From the NCBI GenBank assembly GCA_025463425.1, contig JAOBWQ010000068.1, positions 1 through 50,787 of the forward strand: DNA of 50,787 nt, written 5' to 3'. This document shows, one piece after another, positions 43,255 to 50,787 of the stretch. Each line of letters opens with the position of its first letter. Positions within the stretch are counted from its first letter, which is position 1. Source of the DNA: Ilumatobacteraceae bacterium. GTDB lineage: Bacteria > Actinomycetota > Acidimicrobiia > Acidimicrobiales > Ilumatobacteraceae. The position numbers and the translations under genes were made by a program. The notes beneath the pieces were generated by a model, which worked only from the letters and a program-made list of their open reading frames with translations, was not told the DNA's origin and made no database searches.

Positions 43255-44280
43255 ATGAGCGCAAATCACGTCTTCACCCACCACAACGCCGGCATCATCT
43301 CCGTCACGGCGACGGAGGCCCCCGACGTCATCACGTCGGCTTGGATCGACGAACAGCTCGCCGACACGTACGCGCGCACGGGCGTCCGCCCGGGGCTCTT
43401 GCGGGATCTGGCCGGCATCGTCGAGCGGCGTTGGTGGCCGGAGGGGATGACCTTCGCCGAACAGGCGGCCACGGCGGGGTCAGCCGCACTCGAGGCATCC
43501 GGCGTCGACCCCGGGCGCGTCGGGTTGATGATCTCGACATCGGTGAGCCGCCACCATCTGGAGCCGTCGATGGCATGTGCGATCCACCATGCCCTCCGCC
43601 TCCCCAGCTCGTGCGCCAACTTCGACATCGCCAACGCGTGCCTCGCCTTCGTCAACGCGATCCACGTCGCCAGCACGGCGATCGATGCCGGCGACATCGA
43701 GTACGCACTGATCGTCGACGGTGAGGGCAGCAGGCACACGCAGGAGGTCACGCTCGAGCGGTTGCGCCGCCCTGACGTGACGGCTGAACAGGTCTCAGCA
43801 GAGATCGCAACGCTCACGCTCGGCTCAGGCGCCGCGGCGATGGTCTTGGGCAAGCTCGATGCGCATCCCGATGCGCACCGGATCGTTGGCGGCGTGAGCC
43901 GAGCGGCGACAGAGCACCATGACCTGTGCGTCGGCGATCTCGAACGAATGCGAACCGACACCGGCCGACTGCTCGATGCAGGACTCGACCTCGCCGAGGC
44001 CTGCTGGAAGGCCTCTGCCGAACGATGGGACTGGTCACTCGGGATGGATCGCTACGTGGTTCACCAGATCAGTCAGGTGCACACGAGGTTGATGTGCGAG
44101 CGGCTCGGCATCGATCCCACACGAGTCCCTCTCACGTTTCCGTACTACGGCAACGTCGGCCCCGCCTCGATACCGATCACGCTCGCGTCGATCGCCGATG
44201 AGCTCACCGCCGGCGACCGTGTGCTCTGCATGGGGATCGGCTCTGGCCTGAACGCCAGCTTCACCGAGGTGGTGTGGTGA
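43255..44280 (+). CDS. 3-oxoacyl-ACP synthase III (KAS III/FabH-like) family protein
   Basis: It is the internal ATG of ORF 42913..44280. The Cys-His-Asn triad context is present (ANACLAF, VVHQIS, YGNVGPASIP), followed by GIGSGLN at the C-terminus. Confidence 0.85.
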   Translation: MSANHVFTHHNAGIISVTATEAPDVITSAWIDEQLADTYARTGVRPGLLRDLAGIVERRWWPEGMTFAEQAATAGSAALEASGVDPGRVGLMISTSVSRHHLEPSMACAIHHALRLPSSCANFDIANACLAFVNAIHVASTAIDAGDIEYALIVDGEGSRHTQEVTLERLRRPDVTAEQVSAEIATLTLGSGAAAMVLGKLDAHPDAHRIVGGVSRAATEHHDLCVGDLERMRTDTGRLLDAGLDLAEACWKASAERWDWSLGMDRYVVHQISQVHTRLMCERLGIDPTRVPLTFPYYGNVGPASIPITLASIADELTAGDRVLCMGIGSGLNASFTEVVW

Positions 44281-44381
44281 GCTGAACCAGCACAATCGTC
44301 GACGTCACCGGCTACTACCGCTGACGCCCCTCGTACCGCGGACAAGCAACCGCCAGTGCCGATGCGATCACGAGCGAATGC

Positions 44382-45176
44382 TCACGAGACCTTGGTGAGC
44401 ACGACGTTGGTGACTACTTCGATGATCGCGTGGAGGATGTCGGGTTGGAACGGATCGACGCCGGTCGCCGGGGTCGCGGTCGCGGCGCCGGACTGCGCGC
44501 TGTAGTCGAGGTCGACCTCGACGGACATCGGCAGCGAGGCACGCAGGACGCTGAAGTTGCTGGCGACGGCCTCGCTGATTCCGACGTTCCGTGTGTAGTA
44601 GTCGTCGAAGAAGGCGCCCTCGCCGAAGCCCGTCGCGGACGCGAACGAGCTCTGGTGGTCGGAAGTGGCGTCGCCGTTGACGGAGCCGCTGGTGTAGGCC
44701 TTGTGGGTCGCGAAGAGGTCACGGACGGCCTGTGGGGTCGGGATGCCGTCGACGCTCCCATCTTCGATCGTGATGATGAACGTCATGTCTTGCGCCTCTG
44801 CCTCGGTCAGGGCGAGGTCGGGGTAGCGGTTGGACGTGAACAGGAAGTCGCACACCAAGGGATCGCCGAACTCGTCGGCGAGCCGGATGGGCGCGACGGA
44901 GCCGGCGGTGGTCGCGGGAGCGATCGTCTGCACCGCCGCCAGCAGGTCAGCGGCTGAGAAGCTGTCGCACGTGTACTGCCGGGCGTCGTGACCGTCGACG
45001 GCGCCTGCGTCGGCCGCATTCGACGAGACCCCGCCGGCGTCTGGGGCGGCACCACCCGCGGCGGGTGGCGAGCTCGCCCCTGACTTCGTGGCCGTGCTGG
45101 AGCACGCCGATCCGAAGACAGCGAGCAGGAGGAGCAGGGTGGCCCCAGTGACACGTGAACCGTTCATTGTGCGCAT
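44382..45176 (-). CDS. Secreted lipoprotein of unknown function
   Basis: The ATG at comp(45174..45176) is preceded by AGGAG. The signal peptide has a lipobox (LLLLLAVFGSAC) followed by an Ala/Gly/Pro-rich linker. The start overlaps the SnoaL gene stop by 13 nt. Confidence 0.75.
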   Translation of the reverse strand: MRTMNGSRVTGATLLLLLAVFGSACSSTATKSGASSPPAAGGAAPDAGGVSSNAADAGAVDGHDARQYTCDSFSAADLLAAVQTIAPATTAGSVAPIRLADEFGDPLVCDFLFTSNRYPDLALTEAEAQDMTFIITIEDGSVDGIPTPQAVRDLFATHKAYTSGSVNGDATSDHQSSFASATGFGEGAFFDDYYTRNVGISEAVASNFSVLRASLPMSVEVDLDYSAQSGAATATPATGVDPFQPDILHAIIEVVTNVVLTKVS

Positions 45177-45580
45177 GTTGTTGACTCCTGAGAGAGGGCG
45201 AAGAGCATCGCGGGTGTGTCGATGAAGAACTCGGCCTGATGCACGAGGCCGTCTCGAATCGTCCACAGATGGCATTCGGAGATGTCGAACGAGGCACCGT
45301 TGGCTCGCACGGTTCCGCTGGTCCTGCCGTACTGGACGACGCGATCTCCGGCTTGGAAGAGTTGTTCGGCCTCGATCGTGGACTCGGTCGCTGTGATCAG
45401 CTTCGTGACGAAGTCGACGACGCCCGAAGGACCGACGAACGTCCCGCCCCACGGCAGAGCTGGGTCCTGGATGACGACGACATCCGGGGAGCACCACACG
45501 AGGACGCCCTTCAGGTCGTTCCGTGAGAAGCCGTCGTAGATGGTCTGCACGATGTCGACGGGTGTGCTGCTGCGGTTCAT
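45164..45580 (-). CDS. SnoaL-like/NTF2-fold (ketosteroid-isomerase-like) protein
   Basis: The protein is 138 aa. IVQTIYDGFSRNDLKGVL ... WTIRDGLVHQAEFFIDT is typical of SnoaL_2/NTF2-like domains. Confidence 0.7.
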   Translation of the reverse strand: MNRSSTPVDIVQTIYDGFSRNDLKGVLVWCSPDVVVIQDPALPWGGTFVGPSGVVDFVTKLITATESTIEAEQLFQAGDRVVQYGRTSGTVRANGASFDISECHLWTIRDGLVHQAEFFIDTPAMLFALSQESTTCAQ

Positions 45581-45598
45581 GACGCGATGTTGGGCGCT

Positions 45599-45630
45599 CG
45601 TGCCGGTTGGCGAATCAGGGAAACCATGTA
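45599..45630 (-). promoter_or_regulatory. Left copy of a bipartite cis element (minus strand TACATGGTTTCCCTGATTCG-N3-ACCGGCACG)
   Basis: The 20 nt at 45611-45630 are the exact reverse complement of 48020-48039, and the 9 nt at 45599-45607 match 48044-48052. It lies in the 93-bp divergent region between the SnoaL operon and the LAL regulator gene. Confidence 0.7.
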
Positions 45631-45673
45631 GGTCTCGACAACTGCCGAGCGCGCGGGTTGATAGACCTGGGAG

Positions 45674-48001
45674 GTGAGCAGCGCTGGTGATGGGGCAGGG
45701 TCGGGCCCTGGGGCGCTGATCGTCCCACTGAGTCCGTTCATCGGCCGCGACCGTGAGCTCGCCGAGCTCGCAGCGCTCTTCGACCGAACCCGGATGCTCA
45801 CCCTGACCGGATCGGGTGGCGTGGGCAAGACGAGGTTGGCGGTCGAGTTGGCGGATCGCTGCGCGCGCCCCGATGAGATCGTCACCATGGTCGGTCTGGA
45901 TGTCGTCAGCGATCCCTCGCTGGTGGCAGCAACGATCGGCGCCGCGATCGGCGCGCGCATGGCTTCCGCATCATCCGTCGACGACCAGGTCGTCGCCCTT
46001 CTCGCGGGTGCGCCTCGGTTTCTCGTGCTGGACAACTGCGAACACGTCGCATCTGTCGTGGCGCGGTTCGTCGAGCGAGCAGTGGCGGGTGCCCCGAGCT
46101 TGCGTGTCCTGGCAACGAGCAGGGCGGTCTTGCACGTGGCCGGTGAGCAGGTGTGGCCAGTTCCGCCACTCGGCGTCGCCCCGTCCGGCAGCAGCGGAGA
46201 CGAGGTCGCTGCGTCCGACGCAGGTCGCCTGTTCATCGAACGGGCCCGACGGAGCCAGCCTGGCTTCGTGGTGGACACGACGGCTGCGGCGGCCATCGTC
46301 GGGATCTGCGACGTGCTCGATGGGTTGCCACTCGCGCTGGAGTTGGCCGCTGCGTGGGCGTCGACACTGTCGATGACCGAGCTCGTCGGCCGGCTCTCCG
46401 AGAGCATGGCGCTGCTCAACCCGGAGGCTCCCGAACCAGGCAGGCACCGCACGCTGCGGTCGGTCGCAACGTGGAGTGACAGCCTCCTCGATCCGCTCGA
46501 CCGGGTCGTGCTTGCCGCGATCTCCGTGTTCGCCGGCCCGTTCACCATCAGCGATGCCGAACAGGTTGTCTCCGGAGTCGAGCCGGCCGAGGTTGTCCAC
46601 GCATTGCGCCGTCTCGTCGATTCGTCGTGGCTCTTCGCCCTGCACGGCGACGAGACCGGCTACGGAATGTTGAACACGCTGAGGGACTTCGGTCGCGAAC
46701 TGTTGCGGGCAGGTGAGCACGAGTCCGCCGTGCGGAGTCGCCACGCGCACACGTTCGCGGCCAAGGCAGAGGCATCAGAGTCCGGACTGTCCGGGCCTGA
46801 GCAGGCGATCTGGCAGGCCCGGATGGAACGCGCGGCCGGCGACTTCACGCTCGCGCTCCAATGGTCGACTGGGCGCGTGGATGACGACGATGTCGGCGTC
46901 CGACTCGTCGGAGCGCTCTGGAGGTGGTGGTACACATCGGGTCGCATTGCCGAGGGTCGCGCCTGGGCGACTCCCGTGCTCACCCACTCGCGGGCCGCGT
47001 CACCCGTCCTCCGCGGTCGAGCGTTCTACACGAGCGCGATCCTCGCAGTCGAGAACGGCGACTACGGCACCGCCTGGGCCCATGCTCAATCGGCTCGACG
47101 AGCCTTCGACGTGATCGGCGATCACGACGGCGCCTCGAGAGCCAGCACGATCCTCGGCAACGTCGCCAAGTACCGAGGTGACCTCAATGCGGCGATGACT
47201 CATCTCAGCGACGCCGTCACCGGGCAACGCGCCTTCGGTGATGATCGCGCGACGGCAGTGGCCCTGCAGAACCTCGCTGCGTTGGTCATCGACCAGGGTG
47301 ACCTCGCCCACGGTCGGCTGTTGATGGAAGACAGCCTGACGTTGAAGCGCAGAGCCGGCGATCGACGGTCACTCGGATACGGGTTGATCAACCTGAGCGA
47401 CCTGCTCGTGCGCGAGCACAACGCCGATGCCGCCCGAACGGCACTGGGCGAGGCCGCAGGAATCGCAGCGGAGCTCGACGACGATCGTTTGGCAGCGTTC
47501 GTTGCCCACAACCTCGGCGACATCGCTGCCACCGATGACGAGCCCGCGTTCGCCGTTGCTCACTACCGCAACGCGATTGCCGGCTTCCGTCGCGTCGGCG
47601 ACGTCCGGGATGTCGCACTCGCGCTGTGCAGCTTGGGCCGGACGCTCGTGCACATGGGCGAGGTGGAGCAAGGGCTGACCGCGCTGCGAGACAGCGAGCA
47701 GCTGGCCGCCGAGATCGGCGACGAGCTCCGTCTCTCGGAGGCCCGTGGAGCATTGGCCTCATCGCAGGCGACACCAGCATCGAGCAGCCTCCCGGGTGGC
47801 CTCACCGCTCGCCAGGCCGAGATCCTGGCTCTTCTCGCGAGCGGGATGTCGAACCGCGACATCGCTGCGCACCTCGTCTTGTCGGCCGGGACAGTGGAAC
47901 GCCACCTCGCCAACGTGTACCAGAAGCTCGGTGTGTCGAACAGGGTGGGCGCCACTCGCTACGCCTTGGCACACGGGCTCGGCACGTCGGCAGCACCTTG
48001 A
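45674..48001 (+). CDS. Large ATP-binding LuxR-family (LAL/MalT-like) transcriptional regulator: NTPase-TPR-HTH
   Basis: It has a P-loop (GSGGVGKTRLA), a long TPR-like helical middle, and a C-terminal LuxR HTH (LTARQAEILALLASGMSNRDIAAHLVLSAGTVERHLANVYQKLGV). Confidence 0.9.
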   Translation: MSSAGDGAGSGPGALIVPLSPFIGRDRELAELAALFDRTRMLTLTGSGGVGKTRLAVELADRCARPDEIVTMVGLDVVSDPSLVAATIGAAIGARMASASSVDDQVVALLAGAPRFLVLDNCEHVASVVARFVERAVAGAPSLRVLATSRAVLHVAGEQVWPVPPLGVAPSGSSGDEVAASDAGRLFIERARRSQPGFVVDTTAAAAIVGICDVLDGLPLALELAAAWASTLSMTELVGRLSESMALLNPEAPEPGRHRTLRSVATWSDSLLDPLDRVVLAAISVFAGPFTISDAEQVVSGVEPAEVVHALRRLVDSSWLFALHGDETGYGMLNTLRDFGRELLRAGEHESAVRSRHAHTFAAKAEASESGLSGPEQAIWQARMERAAGDFTLALQWSTGRVDDDDVGVRLVGALWRWWYTSGRIAEGRAWATPVLTHSRAASPVLRGRAFYTSAILAVENGDYGTAWAHAQSARRAFDVIGDHDGASRASTILGNVAKYRGDLNAAMTHLSDAVTGQRAFGDDRATAVALQNLAALVIDQGDLAHGRLLMEDSLTLKRRAGDRRSLGYGLINLSDLLVREHNADAARTALGEAAGIAAELDDDRLAAFVAHNLGDIAATDDEPAFAVAHYRNAIAGFRRVGDVRDVALALCSLGRTLVHMGEVEQGLTALRDSEQLAAEIGDELRLSEARGALASSQATPASSSLPGGLTARQAEILALLASGMSNRDIAAHLVLSAGTVERHLANVYQKLGVSNRVGATRYALAHGLGTSAAP

Positions 48002-48019
48002 GCTCCACGTGAGGTGACA

Positions 48020-48052
48020 TACATGGTTTCCCTGATTCGGGGTACCGGCACG
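48020..48052 (+). promoter_or_regulatory. Right copy of the bipartite cis element (TACATGGTTTCCCTGATTCG-N4-ACCGGCACG)
   Basis: It is an exact 20-nt plus 9-nt match to the left copy in inverted orientation. It lies 58 nt upstream of the lipoprotein ATG at 48111. Confidence 0.7.
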
Positions 48053-48110
48053 GCGTCTTACCGTCAGCGTCGAGCAGTCCCATCCGGGGCCTGCGCGTCG
48101 AGGAGACCGA

Positions 48111-49466
48111 ATGTCCATCACCGCTGTCACACGAGGTTTCACGGTCGCCGCCATCCTCTGCGCGGGCTGCGCCAGCACCTCCACCAAATCGGCTCCCGAC
48201 GGCGCGCCGTCAGCGTCGACGCCGTCCACGCCCGCACCGTCCACGCCGCCCGCACCGGCCACGCCGCCCGGATCGGACGAGGCGCCGGACGGAGGAGGGG
48301 CAGTGCAGGTGCGGTTCGTGAACCTCTACGCCCCATCGGATCATCCGGCCGGTGTCGGGCTCAACGGCTTCTTCCAGGGTGACACCTACCTGAACAGCAC
48401 CGACGGCAGCGGGACACCCAACTTCTCCGACATCGCCTACGGCCAGACCAGCGGGTACAAGAGTGCTGACCCGTCCAAGGTCGGCCAGCTCGAACTGTTC
48501 GTCAGCGGTCAACCGCAAGCGATCTCGTCGGTCAACATCGACGGAAGTGCAACGGGCAGGTACACGTTCGTCGTCTACGACATCGGTCAACCCGGCTTCG
48601 CCGCCGTCGAGGGATTCAACGAGACCCCGTCCGCCAGCGACGTCGCCCAGAAGTTCCCAGGTGCGCTGTCCGCCGCGCCAGACGGCAAGGCACTCATCGT
48701 CGCGGTCGGTGGCCCACTCCAGACCATCACCGACCAGAAGGGCTTCACCCTCGGTCAACCCGGGAAGGGTTGCTTCGCGCTCCAGGTCCCGGACCCACCG
48801 AACTCGGGGCAGAGCCTGATCCCGTCCGGCGGTTCGCTCAACTTCGTCGCCGACCCGGGCCCGCTCCAGATCGCCTACTTCGGCAGTGACGACACAGACT
48901 GCAGCCAGAGCCCGGTCATCGCTCCGGTCGCCGTCACGCTGGCCGCCGGTGACCGCACCTACGTCGTCGCCTACGGAACGGCAGGGTCTCCAGAACTGCT
49001 CAGCATCGACGTTCCGATCGCGGCGCTCGCCGGCGATCAACCGCTGATCCCGAGTCCCACAGCTGTGACCGAGACGCCGTCGTCGGACGTCGATCCGTGC
49101 TCGGTCCTCACCGATGATCAGGCAGCGACCGCTCTCGGCGCACCAGTCGACAACAGCACTGGCGACACAACCTCGGGGGCCTGCACCTACACCGCCGGGG
49201 CGGCGACCCTGTTCGTCTCCATCCAGACCGGTGTCGACACCGCAGCGTTCGACGCGATCAAGTCAGGAGCATCGAACGGCCAACCCGCTGAAGGCATCGG
49301 CGACGACGCGTTCTTCACCACTGACCCGGACAGCATCGTCGCGATCAAGGGCACCACGATGCTCGCGATCGGCCTCGACCGCCACGCCGACAGCGGGCCC
49401 GACGACCCCGCCATCGACGACCCGATCATCGCCGCTCTGGCGACCGCGGCGCTGCAGCAGCTGTAG
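48111..49466 (+). CDS. Secreted lipoprotein of unknown function (451 aa)
   Basis: GAGGAG lies 6 nt upstream of the ATG. The signal peptide has a lipobox (VAAILCAGC) followed by a Pro/Ser/Thr/Ala linker. The C-terminal module shares a C..L...D and GIGDDAFF pattern with the other lipoprotein. Confidence 0.8.
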   Translation: MSITAVTRGFTVAAILCAGCASTSTKSAPDGAPSASTPSTPAPSTPPAPATPPGSDEAPDGGGAVQVRFVNLYAPSDHPAGVGLNGFFQGDTYLNSTDGSGTPNFSDIAYGQTSGYKSADPSKVGQLELFVSGQPQAISSVNIDGSATGRYTFVVYDIGQPGFAAVEGFNETPSASDVAQKFPGALSAAPDGKALIVAVGGPLQTITDQKGFTLGQPGKGCFALQVPDPPNSGQSLIPSGGSLNFVADPGPLQIAYFGSDDTDCSQSPVIAPVAVTLAAGDRTYVVAYGTAGSPELLSIDVPIAALAGDQPLIPSPTAVTETPSSDVDPCSVLTDDQAATALGAPVDNSTGDTTSGACTYTAGAATLFVSIQTGVDTAAFDAIKSGASNGQPAEGIGDDAFFTTDPDSIVAIKGTTMLAIGLDRHADSGPDDPAIDDPIIAALATAALQQL

Positions 49467-49500
49467 TCAAGTGTGCCGGACCCCATGCCGATGAGTTGAC

Positions 49501-50601
49501 GTGGATTCCAGCGAGCTCCGTGCCGGTTACGTGGCCGAGCAACGCGCTGCTGCTCGTTCAACAGCGTTGCTCGCCGGAGTCGTCGCGATCGCCGTCTTCC
49601 CGCTCTGGACGGTGTTCGACGAGATCGTCCTGGTGCACGGTGAGGAGTTCATCGGGCTGCGCATCGGCTTCGAGGTCGCCATCGTCGTCGCGTGGTTCGC
49701 GCTCCGCTCGGCGCGGATCGGGCGTCGCTGGCCCGAGCCGGCGGCGTTCTTGCTGGTCGCGCTTCCGGAGATTGCGATCAGCTGGATGATTCCCCGCACC
49801 GGCGACCACATCGAGCCATACCTGCTCGGCTTGTCGATCACCATCTATGCGAGTGCTTTCGTGATCGTGTGGCACTGGCACCTCACCGCTCTCCTGGTCG
49901 TGTTGACCGGAGCGCTGGTTGCACTGTTCTGCGTGCAGGCCGCCGATCCGATCTCCGCGCCGCAGATCGCGACGATCGTGTTCTACCTCGGTACGGCAGG
50001 AGCCATCTCCATCGTCGGCCAGATCTATCGTCACCGCACCGGCTGGCTCAAGTTCGTCACCGAGGCCGAGCTCGCTGACGAACGGCAACGCAACGCCGTC
50101 CTCGTGGAAGAGCTCAACCAGCTCAGTCGACAGGATCCGCTCACCGGCATCGGCAATCGCCGGGCATGGGAAGAGCGCGTCGTCGCCGAACTGCTGCGCA
50201 GCGAACGGCACGGACGAGCCCTCTCGGTGATCCTGTGCGACCTCGACGACTTCAAGGCGGTCAACGACACGCTCGGGCACGCCGCAGGCGATCGGGTTCT
50301 GAGGGCAACTGCGGCCCTGCTGCTCGATCGAGTGCGGGCGACCGATTTCGTGGTCAGGTTCGGCGGTGACGAGTTCTGCGTGCTCTGCCCCGACACCCCG
50401 CTCGCCCTCGCGCAGGGCCTCGCCGACGACATCGTTCGACGTGCTCGAAGCTTCGCCTGGCCCGACGGCCTTCGGCTGAGTGTCTCTGTCGGAGTTGCGC
50501 AAGCTCAACCGACCGAGACCGATCCGAGCCTCGTCGTGCAACGCGCCGACGCAGCGATGTATCGCGCCAAGCGCGCTCGGAGCACCGTCGCAACGAGCTG
50601 A
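49501..50601 (+). CDS. Membrane-bound diguanylate cyclase (about 5 TM helices plus GGDEF)
   Basis: The hydrophobic N-terminal half is followed by RFGGDEF with RATD (an RxxD I-site) 5 aa upstream, DPLTGIGNRR, and LCDLDDFKAVND. Confidence 0.9.
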   Translation: MDSSELRAGYVAEQRAAARSTALLAGVVAIAVFPLWTVFDEIVLVHGEEFIGLRIGFEVAIVVAWFALRSARIGRRWPEPAAFLLVALPEIAISWMIPRTGDHIEPYLLGLSITIYASAFVIVWHWHLTALLVVLTGALVALFCVQAADPISAPQIATIVFYLGTAGAISIVGQIYRHRTGWLKFVTEAELADERQRNAVLVEELNQLSRQDPLTGIGNRRAWEERVVAELLRSERHGRALSVILCDLDDFKAVNDTLGHAAGDRVLRATAALLLDRVRATDFVVRFGGDEFCVLCPDTPLALAQGLADDIVRRARSFAWPDGLRLSVSVGVAQAQPTETDPSLVVQRADAAMYRAKRARSTVATS

Positions 50602-50704
50602 CATTCTTTACAGCGACGTGTTTGGTCGTATGGCGGAGTGGGTAAGAAGCCACTGATATTCAGGGTTACTGCGGGCGGTGATATCCACGGCGAGAGGATT
50701 CATC

Positions 50705-50787
50705 ATGCAGTCACGATCCCATACCCGTTTGTCGCGTCGGCGACTTGCGGCAGTTCTGCTGGGGGGCAGCCTCATCGCTGCGTCCAC
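50705..50787 (+). CDS. Start of a secreted/exported protein (signal peptide only; runs off the window end)
   Basis: GAGAGGA lies upstream of the ATG at 50705. My translation is MQSRSHTRLSRRRLAAVLLGGSLIAAS..., with a basic n-region and a hydrophobic h-region. Confidence 0.5.
   Translation, partial: MQSRSHTRLSRRRLAAVLLGGSLIAAS

Noticed and set aside
45599-48052. The inverted 20-nt copies read as terminal inverted repeats of a mobile or invertible element carrying the LuxR gene.
   Set aside because: There is no transposase or recombinase inside or next to the 2.4-kb segment, and I see no flanking target-site duplication. Both copies are positioned like promoter-proximal sites for the outward-facing operons. 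A DNA inversion switch cannot be fully excluded without population sequencing.
50658-50669. A partial third copy of the LAL-flanking motif (ATTCAGGGTTAC versus AATCAGGGAAAC) upstream of the last, truncated gene.
   Set aside because: Only about 9 of 12 positions match. Its orientation relative to the downstream gene is opposite to the two exact copies, and the second block ACCGGCACG is absent.
50602-50704. A lower-GC 103-nt leader before the secreted-protein gene, next to a GGDEF gene, considered as a c-di-GMP riboswitch.
   Set aside because: I cannot find the conserved GEMM-I elements (GGCAAAC...GGACGCAAAGCC) or class II features. Only short 5-bp stems are present.
1-50787. A scan of the whole window for tRNA/rRNA genes, CRISPR arrays, IS elements, prophage or toxin-antitoxin modules.
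   Set aside because: No intergenic gap exceeds about 230 bp. I see no tRNA-like T-arm (GGTTCGAATCC) outside coding sequence and no regularly spaced direct repeats. No transposase or integrase with intact catalytic residues is present.

Overview
High-GC (roughly 68-70 %) actinobacterial-type chromosomal segment, densely coding with about 46 protein genes. I found no rRNA, tRNA, CRISPR array, IS element or transposase. The many long ORFs antisense to these genes are GC-rich shadow frames. (1) 1-5.1 kb is an acyl-CoA cluster: TPP enzyme fragment, acyl-CoA dehydrogenase, SDR, VOC/epimerase-like protein, MaoC-type hydratase and acyl-CoA synthetase. (2) 5.3-8.9 kb holds patatin, a UbiA prenyltransferase and YihY with an extra C-terminal domain. 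(3) 8.9-13.8 kb has two translationally coupled c-di-GMP enzymes (GADEF-EAL, then GAF-GGDEF), followed by PhyH and GNAT genes. (4) 15.3-43.1 kb looks like a DosR/DevR-type stress, hypoxia or dormancy island. It contains Hsp20 with a near-consensus promoter buried in an AT-rich 10-7-10 inverted repeat, a catalytically degenerate tyrosine-recombinase-like gene, and a cupredoxin-multicopper oxidase plus GAF-PP2C operon. It also contains a Zn-ADH, two tandem-domain USPs, two PPOX-family proteins, arcA-arcB plus a divergent arcD-like permease, an acidic heptad-repeat protein, and a MacB-type ABC system whose permease carries an in-frame TAG. The remaining genes are a GNAT, a CoA-transferase, a GAF histidine kinase with a LuxR-type response regulator, and one long minus-strand operon (hypothetical-arcC-xfp-PPOX-membrane protein-mgtA). 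Several promoter regions in this island carry GGGWC-N4-GWCCC boxes resembling the mycobacterial DosR box. (5) 43.2-50.8 kb has a KAS III, a SnoaL-lipoprotein operon, a large ATP-binding LuxR (LAL) regulator bracketed by exact 20-nt inverted copies of one cis element, a second lipoprotein, a membrane GGDEF and the start of a secreted protein. All functional calls come from motif recognition in the supplied translations. No database search was run.
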